Positions 1 through 7,468 of a stretch of DNA of 37,603 nt are shown here, piece after piece; position 1 is the first letter of the stretch; the number at the start of each line of letters is the position of its first letter. The position numbers and the translations under genes are program-made. The stretch comes from Peptococcaceae bacterium (GTDB taxonomy: Bacteria > Bacillota > Peptococcia > DRI-13 > UBA5745). The stretch covers positions 1-37,603 of the forward strand of contig JAISDM010000081.1 of NCBI GenBank assembly GCA_031264885.1, in the 5' to 3' direction. The notes below the pieces were generated by a model. It worked only from the letters and a program-made list of their open reading frames with translations, searched no databases and was not told where the DNA came from.

Positions 1-1
1 G

Positions 2-2953
2 ATTGTGATCCCATCCGGTTTACGCCGGCTTGAGGCGCGCGCATTCTACGGCTGCCGGTTCGAGCGTGTTGTTTTCGAGGAGGGATCGCAGCTTGAATAT
101 ATCGGCGACTCCGCGTTCATGGCCTGCGTAAACCTGAAGCAGATCGACATCCCAGCGGGCGTGGCCAGTATCGGAGACAACGTGTTCAGCGGCTGCGGCG
201 CGCTGGAGAGGGTGAGCTTCGCGGCCGGATCGGTACTCGCGTCTATTGGGAACAGCGCGTTTGCAGGCTGCGGCTCGCTGGAAAGCGTGAATTTTGCGCC
301 GCCTGACATGGAACTGATTTCCATCGGAGACAGCGCGTTCAAATATTGCGAAGCGCTTGCGAGTTTCCCCTTTCCCGCCGGCCTTCAGAGCATCGGCGAG
401 TTCGCTTTCGAGGGGAGCGGCCTTTTGTCCGTGGAGTTCCCCGCCGATTCTGAACTGAATTTATTAAGCGGAGGCGCCTTCCAATATTGCGCCGGTCTCA
501 CCACCGTTGTGCTGCCGGGAGGTTTTTTGACGGATATCTCCACCGAAGCGTTCCGCGGCTGCGAGATGCTGTCGGATGTCCGCGTCACGAATGAGCCCTT
601 GCTGTATATGGACGGCATAGCCCTTGAACAAATACATCCCTACGCCTTCGGCGACTGCCCCGAGCTTCGCGCCGTCATATTGCCGCCCTCCGTGTATTAC
701 ATCGACGACGGCGCTTTTGCCTTTGACACTCCATCCGCGCCTCCGCCGCCGACCGCGATCCACGGTTACTACGACTCCTACGCCCTGTGGTGGGCGAGAC
801 AGAAAGGATATCCGTTCTACGTCGCCCCCAGCAGCGGCGAACTCAAGGCCAACCCGCCTGGCGTCATGTACAAGTATATCCCTTATGAGTTTGTGGCCAA
901 AACCCGTGTGCCGGACAACGAAGGTCTGCGCTTCTGGCTGGAAGACGCCGCCGGTCATCCGCTGACGCTGCCCGAAGGGCTGTATCTCGTGGACGGCGTG
1001 AACGAACCCCGCGCGGATGCCCCGGAGGCTGCCATTCCCGGCACGATTTACGGATCGCCTTTGGATTACACAGACTTTGAGGCCGGCGTCAGCTTTACAA
1101 TGAAAGCGCGGAATATCGGCGCGACCGGCGAGAACGACGCCTTCACCGCCGCGGCGGAGTTCACCGTCAGACTCGCGCCTACGCCGGACAACGCCTGGCT
1201 GGAGGCTTATCTCAACGCCTATCCTTTTTCCGCTGATCCGCTCTACGGCGGCGACGGCAGACTTCCCGCGGAAATAAGCGGGCTTTATGAGGATGTCGGA
1301 GACTTTGTCACGCATATGGAGGGTCCTTTCCCACTGTTCGACAGTTTCTGGATCGACGGACTAAAGAAAGCGGCCAGCGTCCATTATAACGCCGAGGATG
1401 GCAGCACCCGCGTAACGGTTTTGGCCCAAACCGTTCAGGATCTGAATAACGGGGAGCATACGGCGGCGGCGGCTTTCCGCCGGGCGGACGCAAACGCGGA
1501 CACTTACGCGGACTGGTACGCCGGCGGACTTGACGATAAATTGGATGTTGTGGCACAGAATTTCACTGTGAATCTGACGGCGCGCCCCACTGCCGCCGCT
1601 GATCCGGGCGGATCGGGCGGAGACGCGGGCGGATCGGGTGATGCTGGGGGTTCCGGCGGCGCCGGCGATACGGGGAACACCGGAGGTACGGGCGGATCCG
1701 GCGACACCGGTGACTCGGGCGGTACAGACGCGGGCAACACAGGCGATCCCAGCGGCACAGACGGAGCGGGCGGCGCCGGCAATTCCGCGAGTCCGACCAA
1801 TCCCACGAGCCCGACGAATCCGCCGACACCAACGAATCCGGCCAATCCCACGAGCCCGACGAATCCGGCCAGTCCAACAGGTTCGGCAAACCCCACGAAT
1901 TCGCCAAGTCCGACGAATCCGGCCAATCCCACGAATTCGCCGAATCCCACAAATTCGCCGACGCCAACGAATCCGCCAAGTCCGACGGCTCCGGCCAGTC
2001 CAACGAATCCCGCCAGTCCCACAAGTCCGCCGACGCCAACCAGTCCCGCCAATCCCACAAATTCACCGAATCCCAGCAATCCGGCAAATTCGCCGGATCC
2101 CGCCAATCCGACGAATCCGGCCAGTCCAACAAATCCGCCGAATCCGAACGATTCCAGCGACGCCGACAGCGCGGGCGATCCGGGTAATTCCGGCGAAACG
2201 GGCGGCTTAGGCGGCACAGGCGACTCCGGTAATTCCGGTAACTCCGGTAATTTCGGCGGGACGGGCGATCCCGGCGGCGTGGGTAATGCCGGCGGCGCGA
2301 ACAACGCTGGCGACGCGAGCAATATCGGCAACACCGGCAATATTGGCGGCGCGGGCAATATTGAAAATATCGACAGACCGGCCGGTACAAGCAATACCGC
2401 TGTTTCAGCCGGCGCGGGCAACGTAAACAACCCAACCGGCGCGGGCGGAACCGACGGCGCCGACGTAGTTGTTACCGCCGCGAACAATACAGCCGCCGAA
2501 ACCGGCGGCGGAACCACAGTCAGCGGCTTACCCGTGAACGAAAACGGACAGTTCTATTTCGCCATCGACGGCAGCGGCGCCCCGTTTGAAATACGGATAG
2601 ACATACCCCTCGAAGAATTTGAAAACCTGTATTTTGACGGCGCCCTCTGGTCGGCGGGCGGCGACTACGCCCTCCGTTCCGGCAGCACCGTGCTGACGGT
2701 CACGGCGGAACGGCTGGAACGTTATGACGCGGGAGCGCATACCTTCAGCGCGGATTTCCGGTCCGAAACCGTGGAAATCGCGTTCGACCTTATAAAGAGC
2801 GCAGTCTTGCCGGAAGCATTGCCGGCGGTCCTCCCCGCCGGTGAAAAAAACAGCGTCCCGGCAGCGGTAATCGCGGCCGGGAGCCTAGTTGTTCTGTTTG
2901 CCGCTTGCGGCGCGGCCATGTTGAACGCGAAAGCGCGCAGAGCGGCAAAGTAG
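2..2953 (+). CDS. Cell-surface leucine-rich-repeat protein (BspA-type LRR), 5'-truncated by the window edge, with a low-complexity stalk and a C-terminal transmembrane anchor
   Basis: The frame is open to the window edge and no signal peptide is visible. The N-terminal 230 aa carry repeated ~23-aa units of the form 'IGDSAFxGCxxLxxVxFPxGLxSIG'. The centre is Gly-rich and Pro/Thr/Asn-rich. The C-terminus has a hydrophobic helix (VPAAVIAAGSLVVLFAACGAAML) followed by a basic tail (KARRAAK). Confidence 0.8.
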   Translation: MVIPSGLRRLEARAFYGCRFERVVFEEGSQLEYIGDSAFMACVNLKQIDIPAGVASIGDNVFSGCGALERVSFAAGSVLASIGNSAFAGCGSLESVNFAPPDMELISIGDSAFKYCEALASFPFPAGLQSIGEFAFEGSGLLSVEFPADSELNLLSGGAFQYCAGLTTVVLPGGFLTDISTEAFRGCEMLSDVRVTNEPLLYMDGIALEQIHPYAFGDCPELRAVILPPSVYYIDDGAFAFDTPSAPPPPTAIHGYYDSYALWWARQKGYPFYVAPSSGELKANPPGVMYKYIPYEFVAKTRVPDNEGLRFWLEDAAGHPLTLPEGLYLVDGVNEPRADAPEAAIPGTIYGSPLDYTDFEAGVSFTMKARNIGATGENDAFTAAAEFTVRLAPTPDNAWLEAYLNAYPFSADPLYGGDGRLPAEISGLYEDVGDFVTHMEGPFPLFDSFWIDGLKKAASVHYNAEDGSTRVTVLAQTVQDLNNGEHTAAAAFRRADANADTYADWYAGGLDDKLDVVAQNFTVNLTARPTAAADPGGSGGDAGGSGDAGGSGGAGDTGNTGGTGGSGDTGDSGGTDAGNTGDPSGTDGAGGAGNSASPTNPTSPTNPPTPTNPANPTSPTNPASPTGSANPTNSPSPTNPANPTNSPNPTNSPTPTNPPSPTAPASPTNPASPTSPPTPTSPANPTNSPNPSNPANSPDPANPTNPASPTNPPNPNDSSDADSAGDPGNSGETGGLGGTGDSGNSGNSGNFGGTGDPGGVGNAGGANNAGDASNIGNTGNIGGAGNIENIDRPAGTSNTAVSAGAGNVNNPTGAGGTDGADVVVTAANNTAAETGGGTTVSGLPVNENGQFYFAIDGSGAPFEIRIDIPLEEFENLYFDGALWSAGGDYALRSGSTVLTVTAERLERYDAGAHTFSADFRSETVEIAFDLIKSAVLPEALPAVLPAGEKNSVPAAVIAAGSLVVLFAACGAAMLNAKARRAAK
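1603..2480 (+). repeat. Coding low-complexity repeat tract: GGSGD-type Gly-rich flanks around degenerate PTNP/SPTNP 3-codon repeats (about 1785-2150)
   Basis: Reiterated 'ccgacgaatcc / cccacgaattcgcc' units are visible in the DNA. The protein reads PTNPTSPTNPPTPTNPANPTSPTNP... All three opposite-frame ORFs across this tract are repeat shadows. Confidence 0.85.
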
Positions 2954-2967
2954 CGGCGAGTTTGTCT

Positions 2968-3357
2968 CTACCACAGCAAATGAACATCGTATTTCGGCGC
3001 GTTTTTATCGGCTGACAGAAAAGTCATATCCTCAACAGTCGCCGCAGCGATAAGCAGTCTGTCGAAGGGGTCGCGGTGATGATACGGTAATGTTTCGATT
3101 TGACGGATGTGGCGCGGTTCGAGAGCGAGCAACTCGAATCCGCTTGCGGCAACCTTGTCAAAGAACTCGGTGACGCCGCAAAGCGGTGCTTTTTCTCGGC
3201 CAAGGCTGTGCTTGATGGCAATCTCCCAAGCTGAAACAATGCTGACGAATATTTCGTTACCGCTATCCTCTATCGCCGCTTTCGCCTTTGCCGAGAGTTC
3301 GGGACTGCCTTCGAAATACCAAAACGCGGTATGCGTGTCAAGTAAGCACCGCATCAC
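2968..3357 (-). CDS. vapC: Type II toxin, PIN-domain ribonuclease (VapC family)
   Basis: 129 aa. PIN acidic signature: N-terminal LLDTH, central SAWEIAIK, C-terminal HHRDPFDRLLIAAA. It overlaps the upstream antitoxin gene by 4 bp (ATGA). Confidence 0.85.
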   Translation of the reverse strand: MMRCLLDTHTAFWYFEGSPELSAKAKAAIEDSGNEIFVSIVSAWEIAIKHSLGREKAPLCGVTEFFDKVAASGFELLALEPRHIRQIETLPYHHRDPFDRLLIAAATVEDMTFLSADKNAPKYDVHLLW

Positions 3358-3626
3358 ATATACTCTTTAAAGTCGTCAAGTGGTTCATCAAAGTCTTTTG
3401 GCAAAGAATACTTGCCTTTCCAAACGCCATAGTGTGAAGCGCGTTTGGCGGTAATATTTTCCTCTGTGTGTACTCCTACCACAAACGGCAAATTATTAGC
3501 TTTCACCGTTTGCCTGAGAAAAAGATTGACTGCCGTAGACAAATCCAATCCGATCGACTCAAAAATTTGTTGAGCCTGCGCCTTTATTGCCGCGTCTGTT
3601 CTGACGTTTATGTTAGCGGTTGCCAT
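3354..3626 (-). CDS. Type II antitoxin with a RelB/DinJ-like RHH N-terminus and a PIN-neutralising C-terminal tail
   Basis: 90 aa. The N-terminus INVRTDAAIKAQAQQIFESIGLDLSTAVNLFLRQ matches the DinJ/RelB ribbon-helix-helix pattern. The C-terminal WKGKYSLPKDFDEPLDDF tail is typical of VapB-like partners. It is translationally coupled to the PIN gene. Confidence 0.75.
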   Translation of the reverse strand: MATANINVRTDAAIKAQAQQIFESIGLDLSTAVNLFLRQTVKANNLPFVVGVHTEENITAKRASHYGVWKGKYSLPKDFDEPLDDFKEYM

Positions 3627-3651
3627 AGCGTCACCTCCTGTTATGTATGCT

Positions 3652-3680
3652 AGTATATCGCAAATTAATCACGTTGTCAA
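3652..3680 (-). promoter_or_regulatory. Sigma-A type promoter for the antitoxin-toxin operon (TTGACA-17-TATACT)
   Basis: The minus strand reads TTGACA (3680-3675), a 17-nt spacer, then TATACT (3657-3652), about 25 nt upstream of the antitoxin ATG. The spacer contains a GCAAATTAAT half-site that is also found in the nearby palindrome. Confidence 0.6.
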
Positions 3681-3730
3681 CATATTTTGATTACGACACG
3701 TGATTCACAGTTTACACACAGTTTAGCATA

Positions 3731-3768
3731 AATATATAAAACGCAAATTAATTTGCGTTTTATATATT
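3731..3768. repeat. Perfect 38-bp AT-rich palindrome, AATATATAAAACGCAAATT|AATTTGCGTTTTATATATT
   Basis: Base-by-base pairing checked from 3749/3750 out to 3731/3768. It lies between the two divergent promoters, so it does not follow any gene end. Confidence 0.9.
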
Positions 3769-3784
3769 AAAAAAGCAAATCATA

Positions 3785-3813
3785 TTGACATATACGGCAT
3801 TTTATTATATAGT
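3785..3813 (+). promoter_or_regulatory. Sigma-A type promoter for the AAA ATPase gene (TTGACA-17-TATAGT)
   Basis: TTGACA at 3785-3790, a 17-nt spacer, TATAGT at 3808-3813. The TTG used as the ORF-track start (3785) is the first base of this -35 box. Confidence 0.6.
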
Positions 3814-3844
3814 TCAGCCATCAGTTCTTAAAGGAGCGAAACGC

Positions 3845-5155
3845 GTGGAACGGATTTTGCTGAACGCGCTTTCCTTATGGAAAGACAATCCGAAGAAAAA
3901 ACCGCTGATCGTCAAAGGGGTGCGGCAATGCGGCAAGACTTGGCTGCTGCGCGAGTTTGGCGAACGGTATTATCGTGATGTGGCTTATTTCAATTTCGAG
4001 GGCAACGACGCCCTGCAAGCCCGGTTCGACGGTGATTTGGACGTGAGGCGGATCATTGCCGAGTTGGGGATACTGCGGCAAAAACTCATTGCGCCGCAAA
4101 CGACGCTGATTATTCTGGATGAAATTCAGTTTTGTAATCGCGCGCTCACCGCGCTCAAGTATTTCTGCGAGAACGCGCCGGAATACCACATTGTCAGCGC
4201 CGGATCCCTGCTGGGCGTCGCGTTGTCCAAGCCGCTTTCTTTCCCTGTGGGTAAAGTAGACTTTTTGACGCTGTATCCCATGAATTTTTATGAATTTTTG
4301 ACGGCCAACGGAGAGCGGCTGCTGTGCGAGTATCTGGAAGAACTGCCTGCGGGCCGGCGAGTATCGGAACTGTTCGCCGACAAGTTGGAGGCTTATCTGC
4401 GCACGTATTATATCACCGGCGGTATGCCGGAAGCGGTGTCCGTATGGCTGGAAAGCCAGGATATCGAAAAATTGGAAGAGACCCAGCAAAAGATACTGGA
4501 CAGTTATGAATTGGATTTTGCCAAGCACGCGCCTTCCAAAGATTTCCCGAAGCTCACGGCTATCTGGCGGTCCATCCCGGAACAGCTTGCCAAGGAAAAC
4601 ACCAAATTTATATTCAGTCAAGTCCGCAAAGGTTTGCGTGCCAAGGATCTGGAAGACGCGCTGGAATGGCTTCTGAACGCGGGACTGGCGTATAAGGCCG
4701 CTAAGATTGAAAAACCCTTCCTGCCGCTCTCCAGCTATGCCGATCAGTCCTGTTTCAAGCTGTATATGGCGGACGTGGGATTGCTTCGCAGGATGTCCCG
4801 TCTGCCTGCCGCCGCCCTGCTGGAAAAAAGCCATGTCTTCCGGGAGTTCAGGGGCGCGCTGACCGAAAACTACGTGCTGTGCGAGTTGGTCAGCCTGTAT
4901 GACGGCGATACGCCGTTTTACTGGAAGTCGGGCAATTCGGCGGAAGTGGATTTTGTGATTCAAAACGGGATGGACATTGTTCCGATCGAGGTCAAAGCGG
5001 AACGCAATGAACGCGCCCGTTCCCTCGCCGAATATCGAAAAAAATATGAACCCCGGATATCGCTCACCGTTTCCATGAACAACGCCGGCAGAAACCACGC
5101 GCCGCTTTATTTGTTATGGAAACTCAAAAAACTGCTCGGCGCCGATCAGTTTTGA
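3845..5155 (+). CDS. AAA+ ATPase of the AAA_14/DUF4143 family (COG1373-like)
   Basis: Walker A GVRQCGKTWLL and Walker B LIILDEIQ, with a C-terminal DUF4143-like region. I chose the GTG start at 3845 because AAAGGAG (3831-3837) lies 7 nt upstream and the upstream ORF extension covers a promoter. Confidence 0.75.
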   Translation: MERILLNALSLWKDNPKKKPLIVKGVRQCGKTWLLREFGERYYRDVAYFNFEGNDALQARFDGDLDVRRIIAELGILRQKLIAPQTTLIILDEIQFCNRALTALKYFCENAPEYHIVSAGSLLGVALSKPLSFPVGKVDFLTLYPMNFYEFLTANGERLLCEYLEELPAGRRVSELFADKLEAYLRTYYITGGMPEAVSVWLESQDIEKLEETQQKILDSYELDFAKHAPSKDFPKLTAIWRSIPEQLAKENTKFIFSQVRKGLRAKDLEDALEWLLNAGLAYKAAKIEKPFLPLSSYADQSCFKLYMADVGLLRRMSRLPAAALLEKSHVFREFRGALTENYVLCELVSLYDGDTPFYWKSGNSAEVDFVIQNGMDIVPIEVKAERNERARSLAEYRKKYEPRISLTVSMNNAGRNHAPLYLLWKLKKLLGADQF

Positions 5156-5224
5156 TTATGACATATCAGCGGTCGTGGAATGTAAACATCCTGTATCGCA
5201 TATGACGCTGGGATAATATAAGAA

Positions 5225-6517
5225 TCACCCATGTGAAAAGGTTTCCATCGCGCGGCCTTTGTATAGCTGGTCCGCGAAATCGGATTCGCCGGGGATGCCG
5301 CAGGCGTCGGCGCGGCAGTGGGCGCAGTGCAGGAACTGTTGGATGTACGGGGCGGCGGCGGCGCGCGCCGCTTCGATTTGTTCGCAGGTGGGCGCGGGGG
5401 TGTCCGCGAATTCATACTGCGGGAGCAGCGGGATGATGTTGTGCTTGGACGCTCCGGCCTCCGATACGGCGCGGGCTATGTCCGCGATGTGACCGTCGTT
5501 GATTCCGGGGATCAGCACCGTGTTGACTTTCACTGTGATTCCCGCCGCCGCGGCTTCGCGTATGCCTGTCAATTGACTGCGGATGAGTATGGTTCCGGCT
5601 TCTTCGCCGCTGACGGCCTTCCCGCCGGTGAGGACGCGGGATACGATTCGGGCTGTGATCTCCGGATCCACCGCGTTCACTGTAACCGTCAGTGTCAGGA
5701 CGCCCACGCCGCGCAGGGCCTCCGCCTTCCCCGGCAGGGCCAGGCCGTTGGTGCTGACGCATTTAATCAGCGTGGGGTAGGATTTGTGGACCAAATGGAA
5801 GGTTTCCATCGCGTGGGGCGACGCGAACGCGTCTCCCGGCCCGGCGATGCCTACCACCGAGAGATCCGGGCATAGCTCCAGCGCCTGCCGGACGGTCTCC
5901 ACGGCATCTTTTGGGGCAAGGATTCCGGACGATACCCCCGGGCGGTTTTCCGTTGGATTGCAGCTTCTGACGCAGAACCGGCACTGTATGTTGCAGGCCG
6001 CGCTGACGGGCAGATGCAGCCGGGCCTTTCGCCTGTTCAGGTGATCGGAGAAGCAGGGATGGGAACGGATATCTGTGACGTTTGAATGGGCAGCCGCGGC
6101 ATTCGAACGGATATCGCCGGCGTTAGAACGGCCGCCGGTGGTACTAGGGCGGGCGTCGGCGCCGGCGGCGTTTGCCCGTCTCCTTGTTTTTTTTAGAAAA
6201 GCCGCGTATCCGTCCAGCAGATCCGCCACAAGGCCGCCGCGCTCCACGACCAATATATTCCTCAGATTCAGTTCCCGCCGCGCGAAATTCCCGATCCGCA
6301 TGGCGATCACCGTTTGGCAGTCCTCGATCAGTTTGAGGGTCTCCGCGAAGGAGACGGCGTTGTGACCGCCTCCTTCGCAGATGGGCGTGTTCTCACGTCT
6401 TTCGACGATTTGCCAGGTATAAGAATCCTCATCGACGTCCGCGATGACGAACTCCGGGCTGCGCCCGAAATGTACGGACACCATCGTGCCGAATTCCGCC
6501 GCTAACGCCACACGCAT
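5225..6517 (-). CDS. NifB-like radical-SAM metallocluster maturase with an N-terminal NifX/NifB-C-type (dinitrogenase FeMo-cofactor-binding) domain
   Basis: The N-terminal ~110 aa (VHFGRSPEFVIADV...IAMRIGNFARREL) resemble the NifX/NafY/NifB-C fold family. Next comes the NifB hallmark HPCFSDHLNRRKARLHLPVSAACNIQCRFCVRS (CxxxCxxC). The C-terminus carries HCAHCRADACG. I chose the ATG at 6517 (AGGAG 8 nt upstream) over the GTG at 6526. Confidence 0.8.
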   Translation of the reverse strand: MRVALAAEFGTMVSVHFGRSPEFVIADVDEDSYTWQIVERRENTPICEGGGHNAVSFAETLKLIEDCQTVIAMRIGNFARRELNLRNILVVERGGLVADLLDGYAAFLKKTRRRANAAGADARPSTTGGRSNAGDIRSNAAAAHSNVTDIRSHPCFSDHLNRRKARLHLPVSAACNIQCRFCVRSCNPTENRPGVSSGILAPKDAVETVRQALELCPDLSVVGIAGPGDAFASPHAMETFHLVHKSYPTLIKCVSTNGLALPGKAEALRGVGVLTLTVTVNAVDPEITARIVSRVLTGGKAVSGEEAGTILIRSQLTGIREAAAAGITVKVNTVLIPGINDGHIADIARAVSEAGASKHNIIPLLPQYEFADTPAPTCEQIEAARAAAAPYIQQFLHCAHCRADACGIPGESDFADQLYKGRAMETFSHG

Positions 6518-6556
6518 AATATTCACTCCTTTGATGTTTCGGCGAGTCCTTAACCC

Positions 6557-7438
6557 TTATATGGCCATAGCCTCGCCGCGCACGTCTCCGCTTTCGATGG
6601 CCAGGATCTGATCCGACCATTCCGCCGCCCAGGCGCGTAAATCCTGGAGGCTCAGGGGATTGGGCGTCTTGGACTCCGTATGGCCGCCGACGCGTTCGGC
6701 CAGCTGCCTGTAGACCTTCGCCTGAGCGGAATCCGGCTGCGCCTCAATGGTGGTTTTGCCGTTCAGCTCGCTTTGGGTCACCGTAATGGAACGCGGGATA
6801 TACTGCATGACCTGAGTATCCGTGCGCGCCGCGAAATCGTCGATGATCGCCTTCTGATAAGTGGAATCCGGAGCCACCGAATTGGCGATGACGCCGCCCA
6901 GAAGCGCGCCGCCTGAGTTTGAGTATTTCTGGATGCCTTTGAACAGGTTGTTCGCGGCGTAAATCGCCATGAAATCCGAGGACGACACGGTGAACACGTG
7001 CTGGGCTATGCCCTCGCGGATGGGTACCGCGAAGCCGCCGCACACCACGTCCCCCAGTACGTCGTAAATCACATAGTCCAAATCCAGTTCCTCAAAGATT
7101 TTTTGCTGCTTCAAAAGCTGCACAGCCGTGATGATGCCCCGGCCCGCGCAGCCCACGCCCGGGGCGGGACCGCCCGCCTCCACGCAGTAGATGCCGTTAT
7201 AGCCGGTAAAAATCGCCTCGTGGGCGTTGAACTTGCCCTTGTCGCGCAGCAGCTCCAGCACCGTCGGGATGTAACTGCCGTCCCGCAGGGTGTTGGTGGA
7301 GTCCGCCTTGGGGTCGCAGCCGAATTGCATCACCTTATAGCCCATATCCGATAGGGCGGCGCTCAGGTTGGACGTGGTGGTGGATTTGCCGATTCCTCCT
7401 TTGCCGTAGATCGCGATTTGCTTGATTTCTTTTGCCAT
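6557..7438 (-). CDS. NifH-family Fe protein (nitrogenase-like reductase component, ATPase)
   Basis: 293 aa. Walker [17 protein letters not shown]. The [4Fe-4S] ligand motifs GVGCAGRGI and [18 protein letters not shown] are present. GCDPKADST is present. RBS GGAGGA lies upstream. Confidence 0.9.
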   Translation of the reverse strand: MAKEIKQIAIYGKGGIGKSTTTSNLSAALSDMGYKVMQFGCDPKADSTNTLRDGSYIPTVLELLRDKGKFNAHEAIFTGYNGIYCVEAGGPAPGVGCAGRGIITAVQLLKQQKIFEELDLDYVIYDVLGDVVCGGFAVPIREGIAQHVFTVSSSDFMAIYAANNLFKGIQKYSNSGGALLGGVIANSVAPDSTYQKAIIDDFAARTDTQVMQYIPRSITVTQSELNGKTTIEAQPDSAQAKVYRQLAERVGGHTESKTPNPLSLQDLRAWAAEWSDQILAIESGDVRGEAMAI

Positions 7439-7468
7439 GTGTTTATCCTCCGGTTCCTTTGTTTGATT

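Noticed and set aside
464-2517. Several long opposite-strand or alternate-frame ORFs (464..1315, 1504..2517, 1563..2435, 1638..2210)
   Set aside because: They overlap the LRR gene and are products of its low-complexity repeat tract, which has no stops in any frame. Their sequences are pure repeat translations.
3785-3844. TTG start at 3785 for the ATPase, as listed in the ORF track
   Set aside because: The TTG is the first base of a TTGACA-17-TATAGT promoter. A GTG at 3845 has a proper AAAGGAG RBS.
3875-5098. 407-aa minus-strand ORF opposite the AAA ATPase gene
   Set aside because: It is a shadow ORF fully inside a well-supported plus-strand gene. It is Arg/Gly/Pro/Gln-rich with no motifs and has no RBS.
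5156-5224. Possible bidirectional terminator between the convergent ATPase and NifB-like genes
   Set aside because: Only weak 5-bp complementarity (CAGCG...CGCTG) with a large loop and no U/A tracts. This is not supportable.
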